Shown here in pieces: positions 29,943 through 44,919 of a DNA stretch of 64,000 bases (position 1 is the first letter of the stretch; every line of letters starts with the position of its first letter). The stretch is from Eledone cirrhosa (Eukaryota): assembly GCA_964016885.1 (NCBI GenBank), contig OZ024752.1, positions 40,734,001-40,798,000 on the forward strand, written 5' to 3'. Under the pieces are notes generated by a model. That model worked only from the letters and a program-made list of their open reading frames with translations, was not told where the DNA came from and ran no database searches. The translations under genes and the position numbers were made by a program.

Positions 29943-30106
29943 TTTCTAGTATAGGCACAAGGTCAGTAATTTAGGAGAGAACAAAATCGATTAAATCGAC
30001 CCCAGTACATTACTGGTGCTTTATTTTATCGACCCCGTAAGGATGAAAGGCAAAGTTAACCTCGGCAGGATTTGAACTCAGATCATAAAGGGCCATAACT
30101 CTATGC
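29943..30106 (-). mobile_element. SINE-A variant, 5'-truncated, 18-bp TSD
   Basis: ggtagacttcgataatga at 29925-29942 and 30107-30124. Confidence 0.9.
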
Positions 30107-30177
30107 GGTAGACTTCGATAATGAGAATGTATTTTAAACAAAGTTTACCTGACTTAAAAAATAACCATGTATATATC

Positions 30178-30706
<529 letters not shown>

Positions 30707-30804
30707 GGAGCTGAGTCAGTGAGCGGGAGAGAGTGGAATATGCATAGAAAGCGAAAGTGAATAAGGAGGGAGGAAAGAGAGATGAACAACAACAACAGCA
30801 GCAG

Positions 30805-30836
<32 letters not shown>

Positions 30837-30942
30837 ATCTAGTGCTCCTGGCTATGTTGGTTGCTGAAAACCAGGAAAACACAGCGTATTCGAATATTAA
30901 AGGAGATACTAATATCTATCTACCCTACCGTTTCTCAGGACT

Positions 30943-31070
<128 letters not shown>

Positions 31071-31100
31071 TATATATATACACACACACATATATATATA

Positions 31101-31541
31101 TTCATCTGATGAGAACACAAGTTTTGTCCTAGGATGATGTTGTTTTCGAAATGCGCATAATAAAATATATGGAACTTCTTTAACCATCTTTTAATTTCTT
31201 CTTTAATATATACTCCAGTTCTACCAACTGTTGGGTGCTACTTATCTGATATATGCATAGTTTTATTGTTCTACAATATTACTCATCTTCTACATTATAC
31301 ACACACACACACATATATATATATACACACACACATATATATATATACATCTGATGAGAACACAATTTTTGTCCTAGGATGATGTTGTTTTCGAAATGCG
31401 CATAATAAAATATATGGAACTTCTTTAACCATCTTTTAATTTCTTCTTTAATATATACTCCAGTTCTACCAACTGTTGAGTGCTACTTATCTGATATATG
31501 CATAGCTTTATTGTTCTACAATATTACCCACCTTCTACATT
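31101..31541 (+). mobile_element. Direct tandem pair of family A-like elements, each starting with a hammerhead core (CTGATGA at 31106 and 31351)
   Basis: CTGATGA-gaacacaa...ttgttttc-GAAA-tgcgc-ATA-ataaaat twice, 245 bp apart. Confidence 0.8.
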
Positions 31542-32126
31542 ATATACACACACACACATATATATTTACACACACATATATATATATACACACATATATA
31601 TATAAATAATAACTCTACAACTATCATAATTCTACAGCTCCACAACTCTATAATAACTCTACAACGAATATTATTGAAGTTAATTTCACATTTGAGCCGA
31701 ATATGGGTTCATGATCCCTGTTTTAGTTTCACTACAGCTATCATATGTTACATTCCTTTCATTGTTAGCTATGATATGTTATATCGATTTTACATGATTC
31801 TGATTTCCTATATTTATGTCCATTACGATTTTATAATGTGATTCGAAGATTAATGGTTAGTGAAACCAGCTTCGATATTTCATTCGAGGTATTTACTCGC
31901 CGCGATTGATTGAGCTAAATGTAGCTGGTTGTTTACCCGGTTTGCGTTCGAATACCCAGAAAGCATCCAGATATCTGTGAAATCCTCCTGTATCATCTTA
32001 AAGGGATCATTGGATAATACGTAGAGTATTTCTGAAAAAAAAAAAAAACGGAAAAAAGAGATTATTCTGGTTGAAATACATTTGATCATGGATCTGTTCC
32101 ATCTTTGTTGAAGTGGGGAAGGGGTT

Positions 32127-32565
32127 GAAGAAGAAGAAGAAGAAGAAGAAGAAGAAGAAGAAGAAGAAGAAGAAGAAGAAGAAGAAGAAAACGAAGAAAG
32201 AGGAAGAGGAGGAGAAGAGATAGAGAAGAAGTAGAAGAAGAAGAAGAAGAAGAAGAAGAAGAAGAAAGAGAAGAAGAAGAAAACGAAGAAAGAGGAAGAG
32301 GAGGAGAAGAAGAAGAAGAAGAAGAAGAAGAAAACAAAGAAAGAGGAAGAAGAAGAAGAAGAAAGAGGAGAAGAAGAAGAAAACGAAGAAAGAGGAAGAG
32401 GAGGAGAAGAGAGAGAGAAGAAGAAGAAAGAGAAGAAGAAGAAAACGAAGATGAAGAAGGAGAAGAAGAAGAAGAAAAAGAAGAAGAAGAAGAAGATGAA
32501 GAAGAAGAGAACAAGAACAACAACAACGAGAACAACAACGAGAACAACAACAACAACAACAAGAG
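32127..32565. repeat. (GAA)n-rich microsatellite
   Basis: Directly visible. Confidence 0.95.
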
Positions 32566-32861
32566 CAGTAGCCATAACAGGACCAACACCAGCACAAAGA
32601 CATTTTCTTTTTCAAAGGGGTAACTAATGTGAAATCTACGAGACGTTAGACAACATTAAAGTTTCCTAGGAGTTTAAAATGTATTTATTGCACCATTAAG
32701 CTGGTTGCTGGTCTGTAATGACACTTCCTGAAAATATTTGAACTCGGAACGTAAAGGGTCGTAACTCAATGCCGCGAAACATGGTGTCCGACACTCTAGC
32801 AATACTACCAATCAACCGACCTTACTACTATTACTACTACTACTACTACTACTACTAATAA

Positions 32862-32905
<44 letters not shown>

Positions 32906-32906
32906 T

Positions 32907-32954
<48 letters not shown>

Positions 32955-33122
32955 AATAACATTAATAATTCTCTCTAACTGTGGCACAAGACCAACAATT
33001 TAGGGATGCGGAAAATTGATTATAGAGTGAAATTCCGTTATAACGAAATTCACAGGGCATAAAAAAATTCGTTGTAACGAAAAACAATAATGATGCTTTT
33101 CTACGATATATATATATATATA

Positions 33123-33316
33123 TTACAAAGAGTATGTGGTAAGATACCAGGTGGACCATAACGCGCCAGAGTACTCAATACTTAGGGTAGTAGAGTGGGT
33201 AATAGGAACCCCGACGGCTGAGCTCCGGCCGTTTCGACAGCTAGATCCGTATTGAGTTCAGATCTAGCTGTCGAAAAGGCCGGAGCTCAGCCGTTGGGGT
33301 CATGATTCTATTCCTA
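33123..33316 (-). mobile_element. Family C fold-back element (subfamily variant)
   Basis: Arms ccccgacggctgagctccggccgtttcgacagctagatc / gatctagctgtcgaaaaggccggagctcagccgttgggg. Confidence 0.75.
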
Positions 33317-33337
33317 TATATATATATATATATATAT

Positions 33338-33462
33338 ACGTAGGTTCCGGGTTGAGTCGGGGATAACCACAGTAAGTAAGGTACTCAATACATGGCAGAG
33401 TAAAATTTTTTTATTTTATAGAATGAAACAGTACTAGTCCTGTAGAAGCTCCTTCTATAAAA
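33338..33462. mobile_element. Family B rearranged fragment (inverted tail plus hammerhead 3' half)
   Basis: Reverse tail followed by gaatgaaacagtactagtcctgtagaagctc. Confidence 0.7.
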
Positions 33463-33580
33463 AAATAAAAATATATATATATATATATATATACACATAC
33501 ATACAGGGACAGAGACAAGAATAAATAAATAAAATTAAAATGGCGTAGGCATTACAATACAACGGGAGGAAACATAATAG

Positions 33581-33625
33581 TACCACTGATGATGTCACAG
33601 ATGTGTGACGAAAGAACTTTGACAG
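33581..33625 (+). ncRNA. Possible degenerate hammerhead motif
   Basis: CTGATGA-t-gtcaca-gatg-tgtgac-GAAA with perfect stem II; stem I pairing poor. Confidence 0.45.
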
Positions 33626-33780
33626 ACTATATATATATAGATATTTATACCTGTATTTTTAACCGTTGGTCAATCAATGATAAACATTGATTGCCAGATA
33701 AATTAACTATGGAGATATAAAAGATACAGAAGCGAAAACCAACCCAAACAGTGAGTGTGTTCTGTTATTAGTTCTGGCAA

Positions 33781-34001
33781 TGGATTGGCAGTATTGGTAG
33801 AGAGTCGGATGCCAAGCTTTGCAGCGTAGAGTTGCAGCCCTTTACTTTCTGAGTATAGGGCGGTGGATTGGAAGTATCGGTAGAGAGTCGGACGCCATGC
33901 TTTGACACATAGAGTTACGGCCCTTGCCGTTCTGAGTTCAAATCCCGCCGAGGTTAACTTTGCCTTTCATCCTTACGGGGTCGATAAAATAAAGTACCAG
34001 T
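33781..34001 (+). mobile_element. SINE-A: duplicated head (33781-33853) plus 3'-truncated copy
   Basis: Consensus match. Confidence 0.85.
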
Positions 34002-34108
34002 CATCAATCAATGATTGTCATAGACTTCATATCGATTGACAGACCATGCACCTTTGATGAGTTGTAGTGCACCTGAGCACTGTACATAATAATTTCATTA
34101 TTATTATT

Positions 34109-34297
34109 AATTGTTTCTACTTTTGGCACAAGGCCATCAATTATCCCAGTGCATTACTGGTACTTTATTTTATCGACCTCGTAAGGATGAAAGGCAAAGT
34201 CAACCTCGGCGGGATTTGAACTCAGATCGTAAAGGGACGTAACTATGCTAGAAAGCATGGTGTCTGACCCTCTACCGATACTGCCAATCCACCGCCC
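34109..34297 (-). mobile_element. SINE-A, full length
   Basis: Consensus match, (ATT)n on both sides. Confidence 0.9.
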
Positions 34298-34385
34298 TAT
34301 TATTATTATTAATACACTGGGATAATTGCTGACCTTGTGCCAAAAGTAGAAACATTATTATAACAATATGACTCTCCCCATGTAT

Positions 34386-34416
<31 letters not shown>

Positions 34417-34446
34417 CACGCACCTCCCCCCCACATATATATATAT

Positions 34447-34482
<36 letters not shown>

Positions 34483-34648
34483 GGAGAGTGACAGAGAGAG
34501 AGAGAGATATGTAATTTTTTGACACTATCGATCAATATGACTCTCCCCATATATAACAATATATATATATATATATATATACACGCACCTCCCTCCCCAT
34601 ATATATATATATATCGAGAGAGAGAGCGAGAGAGAGAGAGAGAGAGCG

Positions 34649-34704
<56 letters not shown>

Positions 34705-34830
34705 TGACAGAGAGAGAGAGAGCGAGAGAGAGAGAGACAGAGAGAGACAGAGAGAGATATAGATAGAGATAGATAGATAGATAGAGAGAGAGACAGAGAG
34801 AGAGCGAGAGCGAGAGAGAGAGAGAGCGAG

Positions 34831-34865
<35 letters not shown>

Positions 34866-35238
34866 GAGAGTGACAGTGAGAGAGATATGTAATTTTTTGA
34901 CACTATCGATCTGTTAATTAAAATGCTCTGATCTGAATGTAACCAAGCCACTGAATGTCATACGTAGTCGATGGCCAATTGTGACGACGTCAAAGTCATG
35001 CCTACTCAGTGTCGACAAAAACATCGTCCACATTAGACATCGATAATGCTTCATCTCGTTCGCCATCTTTTCTTGTTCTTTCCATTTTACTGGACAATGT
35101 CGGCGCCTCTGTGTTCATTATGTTTCATAGTTAGCTTATTCCAGTAGAAAAGGCACAAATAAGCGGAAAAGAATTGAATACAAGAACTAATATATATATA
35201 TATATATATTTATATATTTATATGTATATATATATATG

Positions 35239-35280
<42 letters not shown>

Positions 35281-35282
35281 TC

Positions 35283-35397
35283 ATTTTATTTCACGGTGCT
35301 CCTTCTACCTGGAGTTGCGACCGATAGATAGTATTAGCAACTGGAAAGACCAACGGAAACATTGTTTCCTCGGTCCGATTTGACGAAATTCGATCGA
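35283..35397 (+). mobile_element. 5'-truncated chimeric SINE-B with structured tail, in (TA)n
   Basis: Matches 54680-54792 and 61245-61357. Confidence 0.75.
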
Positions 35398-35398
35398 C

Positions 35399-35446
<48 letters not shown>

Positions 35447-35450
<4 letters not shown>

Positions 35451-35548
35451 TAACAAAATAAATATTTGCTCTACGGTTCTTATATATTTGATATATATTT
35501 ATCCTTATCGAGCCCTCTTTGGATTTTAGTCTTCAAATTTATTTTTAT

Positions 35549-35551
<3 letters not shown>
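35447..35551. repeat. Dispersed TA-embedded repeat, family G
   Basis: tccttatcgagccctctttggattttagtcttcaaat also at 61385-61492 (inverted) and 63705-63763. Confidence 0.8.
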
Positions 35552-35605
<54 letters not shown>

Positions 35606-35609
<4 letters not shown>

Positions 35610-35806
35610 GAAGGAAATGTGGTAAGGAACCAGGTGGACCATAACGCACCAAAGTACTCAATACTTAGGGTAGTAGAGTGGGTAATAGGAACGAGTAGGA
35701 CCCCGACGACTGAGCTCAAGCCGTTTCGACGGCTAATTCTGGACTAAATCAAGTCCAGAATTAGCCGTCGAAACGGCTCGAGCTCAGCCGTCGGGGTCCT
35801 ACTCGT

Positions 35807-35903
<97 letters not shown>

Positions 35904-36031
35904 ACAAAGGAATTGTGGTAAGGAACCAGATGGACCGTAACGCACCAGAGTACTCAATACTTAGGGTAGTAGAGTGGGAAATAAGAAAAAAATATGACCC
36001 CGACGGCAGAGCTCAAGCCGTTTCGACGGCT
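35606..36031 (-). mobile_element. Two family C elements (35606-35811 palindromic; 35903-36031 truncated)
   Basis: Palindrome centred ~35749; family C tail; (TA)n flanks. Confidence 0.8.
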
Positions 36032-36213
36032 GTGTGTGTGTATATATATATATGTATATATGTATATATGTACAACCTCTCTTTATGTCTTACTGTCTGA
36101 CTATCTTTCCTATGATTCTTCTCCTATAGCGTTTGATTTTTATTGAGAAAACACCAGAGACAGGAATATTTGTATAAAGACTAATTAGTGAAGTACAAAA
36201 AAAAAAAACACCA

Positions 36214-36249
<36 letters not shown>

Positions 36250-36254
36250 ATATA

Positions 36255-36317
<63 letters not shown>

Positions 36318-36512
36318 TTTCCTGGGTCCTGTATTTTCGTTGCTCTGGTAATGCGGCTGGACTGCCGACTGCTATATCTGATTTGCTAAGCTGTCTGAAC
36401 GTAATGTTATTACTCTGGGTGTCTTACCTCATCCGAGTGCGAAAGCTACAGACCGATTATTCATATACTCTAGCATGGCCGTATACTAAAGCTTCGTCAA
36501 TGGTGTACTAAA

Positions 36513-36556
<44 letters not shown>

Positions 36557-36585
36557 TACTTACATGTTTACATTTAGAATTTTCT

Positions 36586-36666
<81 letters not shown>

Positions 36667-36698
36667 TACTTACATGTTTACATTTATAATTTGCTTGC

Positions 36699-36775
<77 letters not shown>

Positions 36776-36776
36776 T

Positions 36777-36822
<46 letters not shown>

Positions 36823-36922
36823 AACCATGAAGAAAACAGTGAGTCATTTCGGGGGAAGGGACAGATTTAGCCAATAGTATTGTTGATGGAGGCAGACAAG
36901 CTTGACTCAGAAACGTTAAGAG

Positions 36923-36953
<31 letters not shown>

Positions 36954-37124
36954 AGCAAAACGAAAACAAGGAATATAAAATAACAACAATAAAAACATAG
37001 AAGAAGAAAGAAAAGTGGTATTAATTATTTCTTTAGAGAATTTAGAAAGCAATTTTTTGTTTTTATAAAAAGATAATTATAGTGGTGAGTATTGGTCTTA
37101 TTGTTATACTGATATTTAGGGTGT

Positions 37125-37325
37125 AGGATTGGCAGAATTGGTAGAGCGTCCGACAAAATGCTTCGTCATACTTGGTAACCTTCAGAGATCAAATCCTGCT
37201 GAGGTTCAACTTTGCCTCTTATTATTCCGAGAGGGGCAAAGTCATGTACCAGTAATGTACTTGTATCGTTTTATTTGACTTTCCTCTCCTTATGAATTGC
37301 CGGCCTTGTACCTAAAATAGAAATT
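37125..37325 (+). mobile_element. Old SINE-A-related copy
   Basis: ggattggcagaattggtagagcgtc...caactttgcct...ggccttgtacctaaaatagaaa. Confidence 0.65.
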
Positions 37326-37359
37326 AGAGACAAATATCATACTGCTATTTAGGGTGTTG

Positions 37360-37777
37360 CGAGACCACAGCTATGTTATTACGGGCATGTGGTTAGAATG
37401 TCTCAGGAAAGAATCACTGGACAGATTTATAGCTCAGAGATCAGGGAGTCACTCCAGGTAGAGCTGCTACTTCTCTGAATTGAGAGGTCACAGCTATGAT
37501 ACTATGGCCATGTGGTGAGAATTTCTCAGAAAAGAATCACTGAATTGAGAGATCACAGCTCCGATACTATGGGTATGTGGTGAGAACGTCTCAGAATAAA
37601 ATCACTGAATTGAGAGATTACAGCTCCGATACTATGGGCATGTGGTGAGAATCTCTCAGAAAAGAATCACTGAATTGAGAGGTCACAGTTCCGATACTAT
37701 GGGCATGTGGTTAGAACGTCTCAGAATAGAATCACTGAATTAAGAGATCACAGCTCCGATACTATGGGCATGTGGTT
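37360..37777. repeat. 65-bp minisatellite running into the assembly gap
   Basis: gaattgagagatcacagctccgatactatgggcatgtgg... at 37477, 37542, 37607, 37672, 37737. Confidence 0.9.
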
Positions 37778-37977
37778 NNNNNNNNNNNNNNNNNNNNNNN
37801 NNNNNNNNNNNNNNNNNNNNNNNNNNNNNNNNNNNNNNNNNNNNNNNNNNNNNNNNNNNNNNNNNNNNNNNNNNNNNNNNNNNNNNNNNNNNNNNNNNNN
37901 NNNNNNNNNNNNNNNNNNNNNNNNNNNNNNNNNNNNNNNNNNNNNNNNNNNNNNNNNNNNNNNNNNNNNNNNNNNNN
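37778..37977. other. Assembly gap (200 N)
   Basis: Run of N. Confidence 1.
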
Positions 37978-38558
37978 TGGTGATAGTGACAAGGTACTGA
38001 TAGTAGTAGTAGTGGTAGTAGTGGTAGTAGTAGTAGTAGTGGTAGTAGTAGTAGTGGTAGTAGTGGTAGTGGTGGTGGTGGTTGTGATAGTGGTGGTGGT
38101 GGAAGTGACAAGGGTACTGATAGTGGTAGTGGTGGTGTTGGTGCTGATAGAGGTGGTGGAAGTGACAATGGTGCTGATAGTAGTAGTAGTGGTAGTGGTA
38201 GTAGTAGTGGTAGTAGTAGTAGTAGTAGTGGTAGTAGTGGTAGTAGTGGTAGTGGTGGTAGTAGTGGTGGTACTGCTGATAACGATAGTGGTGTGGACAT
38301 TAGTATGACAGCTATCCATGCAGTATGTTAACAGTGGAGATATGGCTGTTAGTAATGGCGTCACTAATAGCCCTGACAAATTAAACACTACTTAAATAAA
38401 CGGATGTCGTTCAGGCCGTTACAATTAATATATTTGATAACCCATTGATTATTAATCATATCAAATGGGTAAATATAAAATATATGATATTATTTCCAAT
38501 GAATAACAACAACGAAATCGAAAATATATCACTACATATATCATGCTTTTATATACAC

Positions 38559-38636
38559 CAGAGGTTCTCAAAATGGGGTGTTATCACCCACCAGGGGGCG
38601 TTGAGAACTTCCAGGGGCCGCTGGGGCGCAGTAGGG
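38559..38636. mobile_element. hAT-like element left end
   Basis: cagaggttctcaaaatgggg...ccagggggcg terminus pattern. Confidence 0.45.
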
Positions 38637-38827
38637 ATGATATTATAGTATATTAAATATCAAATAATACATATTATGTAATAAATATAGTAAAATAAAA
38701 AATATATAATATTTATTTATGTAAAGTATATATTATATTATTTATTATATATAAACCAACGATTTTATTTATTATATATCATTTACAGTTTGCAATATAT
38801 GCTCACACACACACACACACACACATA

Positions 38828-38937
<110 letters not shown>

Positions 38938-38970
38938 TATATATATATATATATATATATAATAAATTAT

Positions 38971-39130
38971 AATTGTTTCTACTTTAGGCACAAGGACAGC
39001 AGTTACCCAGTGCATTACTGGTACTTTATTTTATCGACCCCGTAAGGATGAAAGGCAAAGTCAACCCCGACAGGATTTGAACTCAGATCTTAAGGGGACA
39101 TAACTATGCTGGAAAGCATGGCGTCCAACC
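38971..39130 (-). mobile_element. SINE-A, 5'-truncated
   Basis: Consensus match. Confidence 0.85.
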
Positions 39131-39368
39131 ATTTATAATGCTCAGTATTTATACTTTGAGCTTGTTAATTGCAGGGTATCAATATGAGTTAATAACTCTA
39201 TATTTTATTTGTATTTCGGCTCCCTATCTAGGTCAGCCTATAAGATGAGTGTAATTAGGCTATTATTTATAGCATAACCACTCACACCACGTATAGCTTT
39301 CAACCAACAAGGTACAATATTTACTTCCGTGAGTTTCTTGTTAGATGTGTTTTGTTTCATTTAATCTA

Positions 39369-39458
39369 ATCTCTCGCTGATGAAATGCCTAAGGTTTATC
39401 TGTTACAAACACAATTTTCAGGGCGAAACAGATTAAATCTTTAGTTTGTTCGAGAGAT
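39369..39458 (+). ncRNA. Type I hammerhead motif, singleton family
   Basis: atctctcg-CTGATGA-aatgcct...agggc-GAAA-caga...ttt-GTT-cgagagat; perfect 8-bp stem I. Confidence 0.7.
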
Positions 39459-39596
39459 GAAATCGTTATTGATACGGTATGTATAGGAAATCTTGTATCT
39501 TACTGTATGTTTCAGTTTAAATATATAATACATTTGTGGTATTATCTACCCTCGTAATTTTAGACGCAGAATTTACTGTGTTTATTTCTACATATA

Positions 39597-39683
<87 letters not shown>

Positions 39684-39690
<7 letters not shown>

Positions 39691-40073
39691 GTTTGTATAT
39701 GTATAATAAAGCCAAAACAATGCAGGTATGGACATAGAATAAAGAATGCAAATGCAAAAGATATTGTTGACAATTAGTCTTTTACCTTAGATTTATTTAA
39801 ATGTCCTTAATTTTCGAGTTAACTCTTTGACATTAGAGATAGAACAGATACTCTATACCATTTCCTGTCAGCATGACTTGGCAAGCTATTTAGAACACTG
39901 GTTTAACCGCTTTACTTCCCTCCGAAGAAGAGATATTATCTCGAAAATTAAGGACATTTAAATAAATCTAAGGTAAAAGACTAATTGTCAACAATATCTT
40001 TTGCATTTGCATTCTTTATTCTATGTCCATACCTGCATTGTTTTAGCTTTATTATACATATACAAACGTTTAT
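39684..40073 (+). mobile_element. Fold-back element (~130-bp arms) with minimal hammerhead at 39917-39954
   Basis: Arms ~39684-39818 / 39940-40073; cct-CCGAAGA-agagatattatctc-GAAA-a-TTA-agg (one core change). Confidence 0.7.
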
Positions 40074-40121
40074 ACCTCATTATACAATGCTTCAAGTGAA
40101 CTATATAAACATATAAAAAAA

Positions 40122-40191
40122 AGTGTGGTAAGGAACCAGGTGGACCATAACGTTTGGATCTAGCTCAGCCGTTGAGGTTCTGACTCTTTTC

Positions 40192-40194
<3 letters not shown>
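40122..40194. mobile_element. Family C rearranged fragment
   Basis: gtggtaaggaaccaggtggaccataacg joined to gctcagccgttgaggt. Confidence 0.65.
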
Positions 40195-40239
<45 letters not shown>

Positions 40240-40242
<3 letters not shown>

Positions 40243-40438
40243 GATAAATCTACCAAGAGTTTACGGTAGTGTCCAATCCGTTTGATAGTTTGTATAATTT
40301 TGTATAATTTTGTACATAGATCTGTTGAATATGCATGCCAATTCTAACACATATATATCCTAGAAACGATCGTTAAATAATGAACTTTTTTTGTTTAATA
40401 TAAGGAACTGTTTCATTGTTTTATTCATTATTTTTTTA

Positions 40439-40446
<8 letters not shown>
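40240..40446. mobile_element. Family E TA-embedded element with internal inversion
   Basis: Homologous to 43183-43367 and 60594-61120. Confidence 0.8.
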
Positions 40447-40519
<73 letters not shown>

Positions 40520-40952
40520 TGTTCCAATACTTTATTAAGTAAATGTGGGACATGAAACGGTAATAAGCAGAGGCATGAACGAAACATTTAGGCACAGCAC
40601 CTACGACGAGATTCGAACCTGTACTGATTTTTGAATAAATGACAATTAATCATCATCAACTCACGGTTACTACATGACTTCTATTCTACGAACGCGAAGT
40701 ATAGCGAATCTCTTATGATTAAAAGTCGGAATTTCTTTCGCGAGAGCGAAACGAAACGAAATTGCAACAACATATTTGATTTCGTGGTTTATTTACTTTA
40801 CTATATTTCTGTTTACCGAAGCCAGAAAATCATGCAGAGACAGGCAGAGAAATTCGTATTTATTATCATAAATTAAGTAAAAAAATTCAATGCAAATTTA
40901 TATATTGTCCCCGAGTAAATATTGAACAATCATTTATAATACTAGTAAATTC

Positions 40953-40983
<31 letters not shown>

Positions 40984-41259
40984 GGATAAACATACATGCA
41001 TTTGTATATACATATATTCTTGTATACTACATTCATAATTCAAACATACATATACAATGTATACATGCATATATACACACAAACATATATGCCCCCCCCC
41101 CCCCCACATGCACACACACACACACAAACATATATATATATATATATATATACATGCACACAGAAACACACATATATATAAATGCACATACATACATAAA
41201 TATGCATCTATATATACATCGATTCATGTATAATTGATTACACATGTACAATACATACA

Positions 41260-41335
<76 letters not shown>

Positions 41336-41583
41336 AACAGATATGCACCCACACACACACACACACACGCAAACATACACACATACACTCACATATATAT
41401 TTATATATACATACACACACACACAAACTCGCATAAACACATGTATATATATATATATGCACATATCTACATACATATGCATATATATATATATACATAT
41501 ATTCCTATATACTAGATTCATCATTCGAACATACATATACAATACATACATACATATATACACACAAACAGATACCCCCCCCC

Positions 41584-41633
<50 letters not shown>

Positions 41634-41856
41634 CACACACATACAAGCAATATAAAAGCAATAATTTCATTGCTCATTTCGAAAGTTCAAATAGGAACGC
41701 TCAAGGAATATTTTCTTCCCAGGACATAACTCTTTCAAGTTTAACAATAAGATAATTTGGTTTAGACGTGTTTATATGTCAGGCTTAACGTATCGGCATT
41801 CATCAATAAACGTATTGTGTGTATGTATATAAGGCTGCATATATATGCATATATAT

Positions 41857-41909
<53 letters not shown>

Positions 41910-41995
41910 TATATATATCACCTCCTACATATATATATATACGTATACAAGTATAAAACCATGCCTACATATATATACCTACACACATACACATA

Positions 41996-42055
<60 letters not shown>

Positions 42056-42098
42056 TATACAAGTATAAACCCATGCCTACATATATACTTAGACACGT

Positions 42099-42235
<137 letters not shown>

Positions 42236-42371
42236 TGTATATATATGGGTTGGGGGACAAGTATTTTGATTGCGTTCCATAGAGAACTCCGCATCTCTGC
42301 GCTGTTGAAACGATCAATTAACAATAGTCTAGTTACGTAGTTTAGTTACATACATAAATATACATGGAGAA

Positions 42372-42459
<88 letters not shown>

Positions 42460-42465
<6 letters not shown>

Positions 42466-42900
42466 GATATTAATAAATGGAAACTATATTTATAAAACCA
42501 TATTTATTTCATTATACATATTTCAGGGATACCAAATTAAATTATGGTATGCCTTCATCAGACAAAATACAATATATAACAGATTTACAAATATGCTTTG
42601 ACGTACCCTATTAAAATGCAACCATTGTTTTTCGATGACTTCGAAAAACAATGGTTGCATTTTAATAGGGTACGTCAAAGCTTATTTGTAAAACAGTTAT
42701 ATATTGTATTTTGTCTGATGAAGGCATACCATAATTTAATTTGGTATCCCTGAAATATGTATAATGAAATAAATATGGTTTTATAAATATAGTTTCTATT
42801 TATTTAATATCGTATATCTACTCCAAATACTTGTCGAGTGCTTTATATCAGTTATAAAAATATTTACTTGTTGTATCCCAACAATTTTAAATAGAACTTT

Positions 42901-42903
<3 letters not shown>
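42460..42903 (+). mobile_element. Family D fold-back element; ~355-bp palindrome with hammerheads at 42505-42569 (minus) and 42707-42771 (plus)
   Basis: tattttgt-CTGATGA-aggcatacca...tggtatccct-GAAA-tatgt-ATA-atgaaata; centre ~42638; (TA)n on both sides. Confidence 0.85.
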
Positions 42904-42973
<70 letters not shown>

Positions 42974-43056
42974 GAGATAAACAAGATTCAATGAGTACAT
43001 CAAAGAATGATTAAATCTTAACCATCTACCATGTCAGGGTATGTCATGTATCATTT

Positions 43057-43122
43057 TATTTTATCTGATGAGGACGTACTGTTGAAATTAATTCAGTACC
43101 TCTGAAATATGTATAATAAAAT
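43057..43122 (+). ncRNA. Type I hammerhead motif, family D-related
   Basis: attttat-CTGATGA-ggacgtactg...cagtacctct-GAAA-tatgt-ATA-ataaaat; different stem II sequence, pairing retained. Confidence 0.75.
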
Positions 43123-43182
43123 TTAATTGATCACAAGAATATGTATTTTGTTAATATTTGAATTAATATATATATATATATA

Positions 43183-43482
<300 letters not shown>

Positions 43483-43565
43483 GTAAACAGAAATAACAAC
43501 ACGATCGGTACAGTATATGGAAAAAGGAATACATTAGGTTAACGCCTGAAATAGCAGGAAGAGGG

Positions 43566-43601
43566 TCTTAACGTTTCGGACGCTAGTACTTCATCAGAAG
43601 A
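43566..43601 (-). ncRNA. Minimal hammerhead motif inside a dispersed repeat (43477-43620)
   Basis: tctt-CTGATGA-agtactagcgtcc-GAAA-c-GTT-aaga; related repeats at ~16345-16435 and 63837-63890. Confidence 0.6.
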
Positions 43602-43889
43602 AAGAATGAGAAATAAGATAGATTGATATATATATATATATATATATAAGTATTGAGTAATAGACTTTACATTCTAAATTCAAGTCTTACTAACGTCCAA
43701 TTGGCTTTTCAGCCTTCCTGGGCCAATAAAAGAAGATGTCAGTGGCCACGCATTCTCTAAATACATGTATCGTTAATGGAGTTCTCAGGGAGATTCAGCG
43801 TGACACAATGTGTTAAAGTCTGGGTTGGATTTAATCCACTATACACATTCTTGCAAAAGTGGCCTTGTTCTAATATCAGGGATCTAACC

Positions 43890-44271
43890 TGGAGAGAATA
43901 GTACAAACCCTATGAATGTACCTCCGTCGGTTGCGACGATGAGTGTTTTAGTTGTTCAATCAGCAAGACCAGTATGTTTTTTTTTAAATTAATGTGTAAA
44001 TTTGAGCAATTCACAGACACGTGTACCCATAACGTAATTATCAGGAAGACTTAGCATGACAGAGTGTGAAACAAGGCTGATCCTTCGAATGAATTACCGG
44101 TACAATTCACCCCACGGGCTTCCAAACCGTTTCAGTCTACCTAGCTTCACTGACACGGCGTGGGTCGTTGAGAGGTTATGGTAAATGACACTTGCCCAAG
44201 ATGTCACGCAGTGGGTTCGAACCAGGGAGCTAATAAATTGCACAGCGAATAACAATTCTGCCATGCTGCCC
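43890..44271 (-). mobile_element. Old CORE-type tRNA-derived SINE(s)
   Basis: Reverse B box (ggttcgaacc) and gacacttgcccaaga core; tail segment also present at ~43750-43822. Confidence 0.55.
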
Positions 44272-44767
44272 CATTTCAAGACTTATATTATTGTACGAAA
44301 CCCCTAAATCCATTTGTCTTCTTAATTCAACTCTTGCCCAATTTGACATTGCCATTCAAATACTGGGACCAAGTGCGTGTGTGTAGAGGTATATTAATAA
44401 TCTATATCCCTCTCTCCTAAATGTATGACATTGCGTCTGTGTTAGAAATCATTATTAATAATCGATATTAAAGTGATCGAGGGCACGAGCAAGACACTAC
44501 CTCATGTGTTATCTAGTTAAATCCCTTTTCAATTTAAACTGAAATCCTGTGTCGCATTTGACTTTGAAATCAATAAAATGAGCAGCAGAAATACTTTGCT
44601 AGATCGATTGTGTTGGCTACATCAAACACACAATTTCCTTGTCGTATGGCAATCTAAGAAATCAGTCAGTATTGAATTCATATTCCAGTATCAGAGTGAT
44701 TGGTATTCGAGTTGGAACGATTCATTGAAGGTCCATAAAATCCAGCTTGTTTGAATGTAAATTGCCG

Positions 44768-44919
<152 letters not shown>

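Noticed and set aside
42460-42816. Palindromes as classical TIR MITEs or assembly artefacts
   Set aside because: Arms are asymmetric with copy-specific centres and a few inter-arm mismatches, unlike fixed-TIR MITEs or read chimeras; not fully excluded without reads
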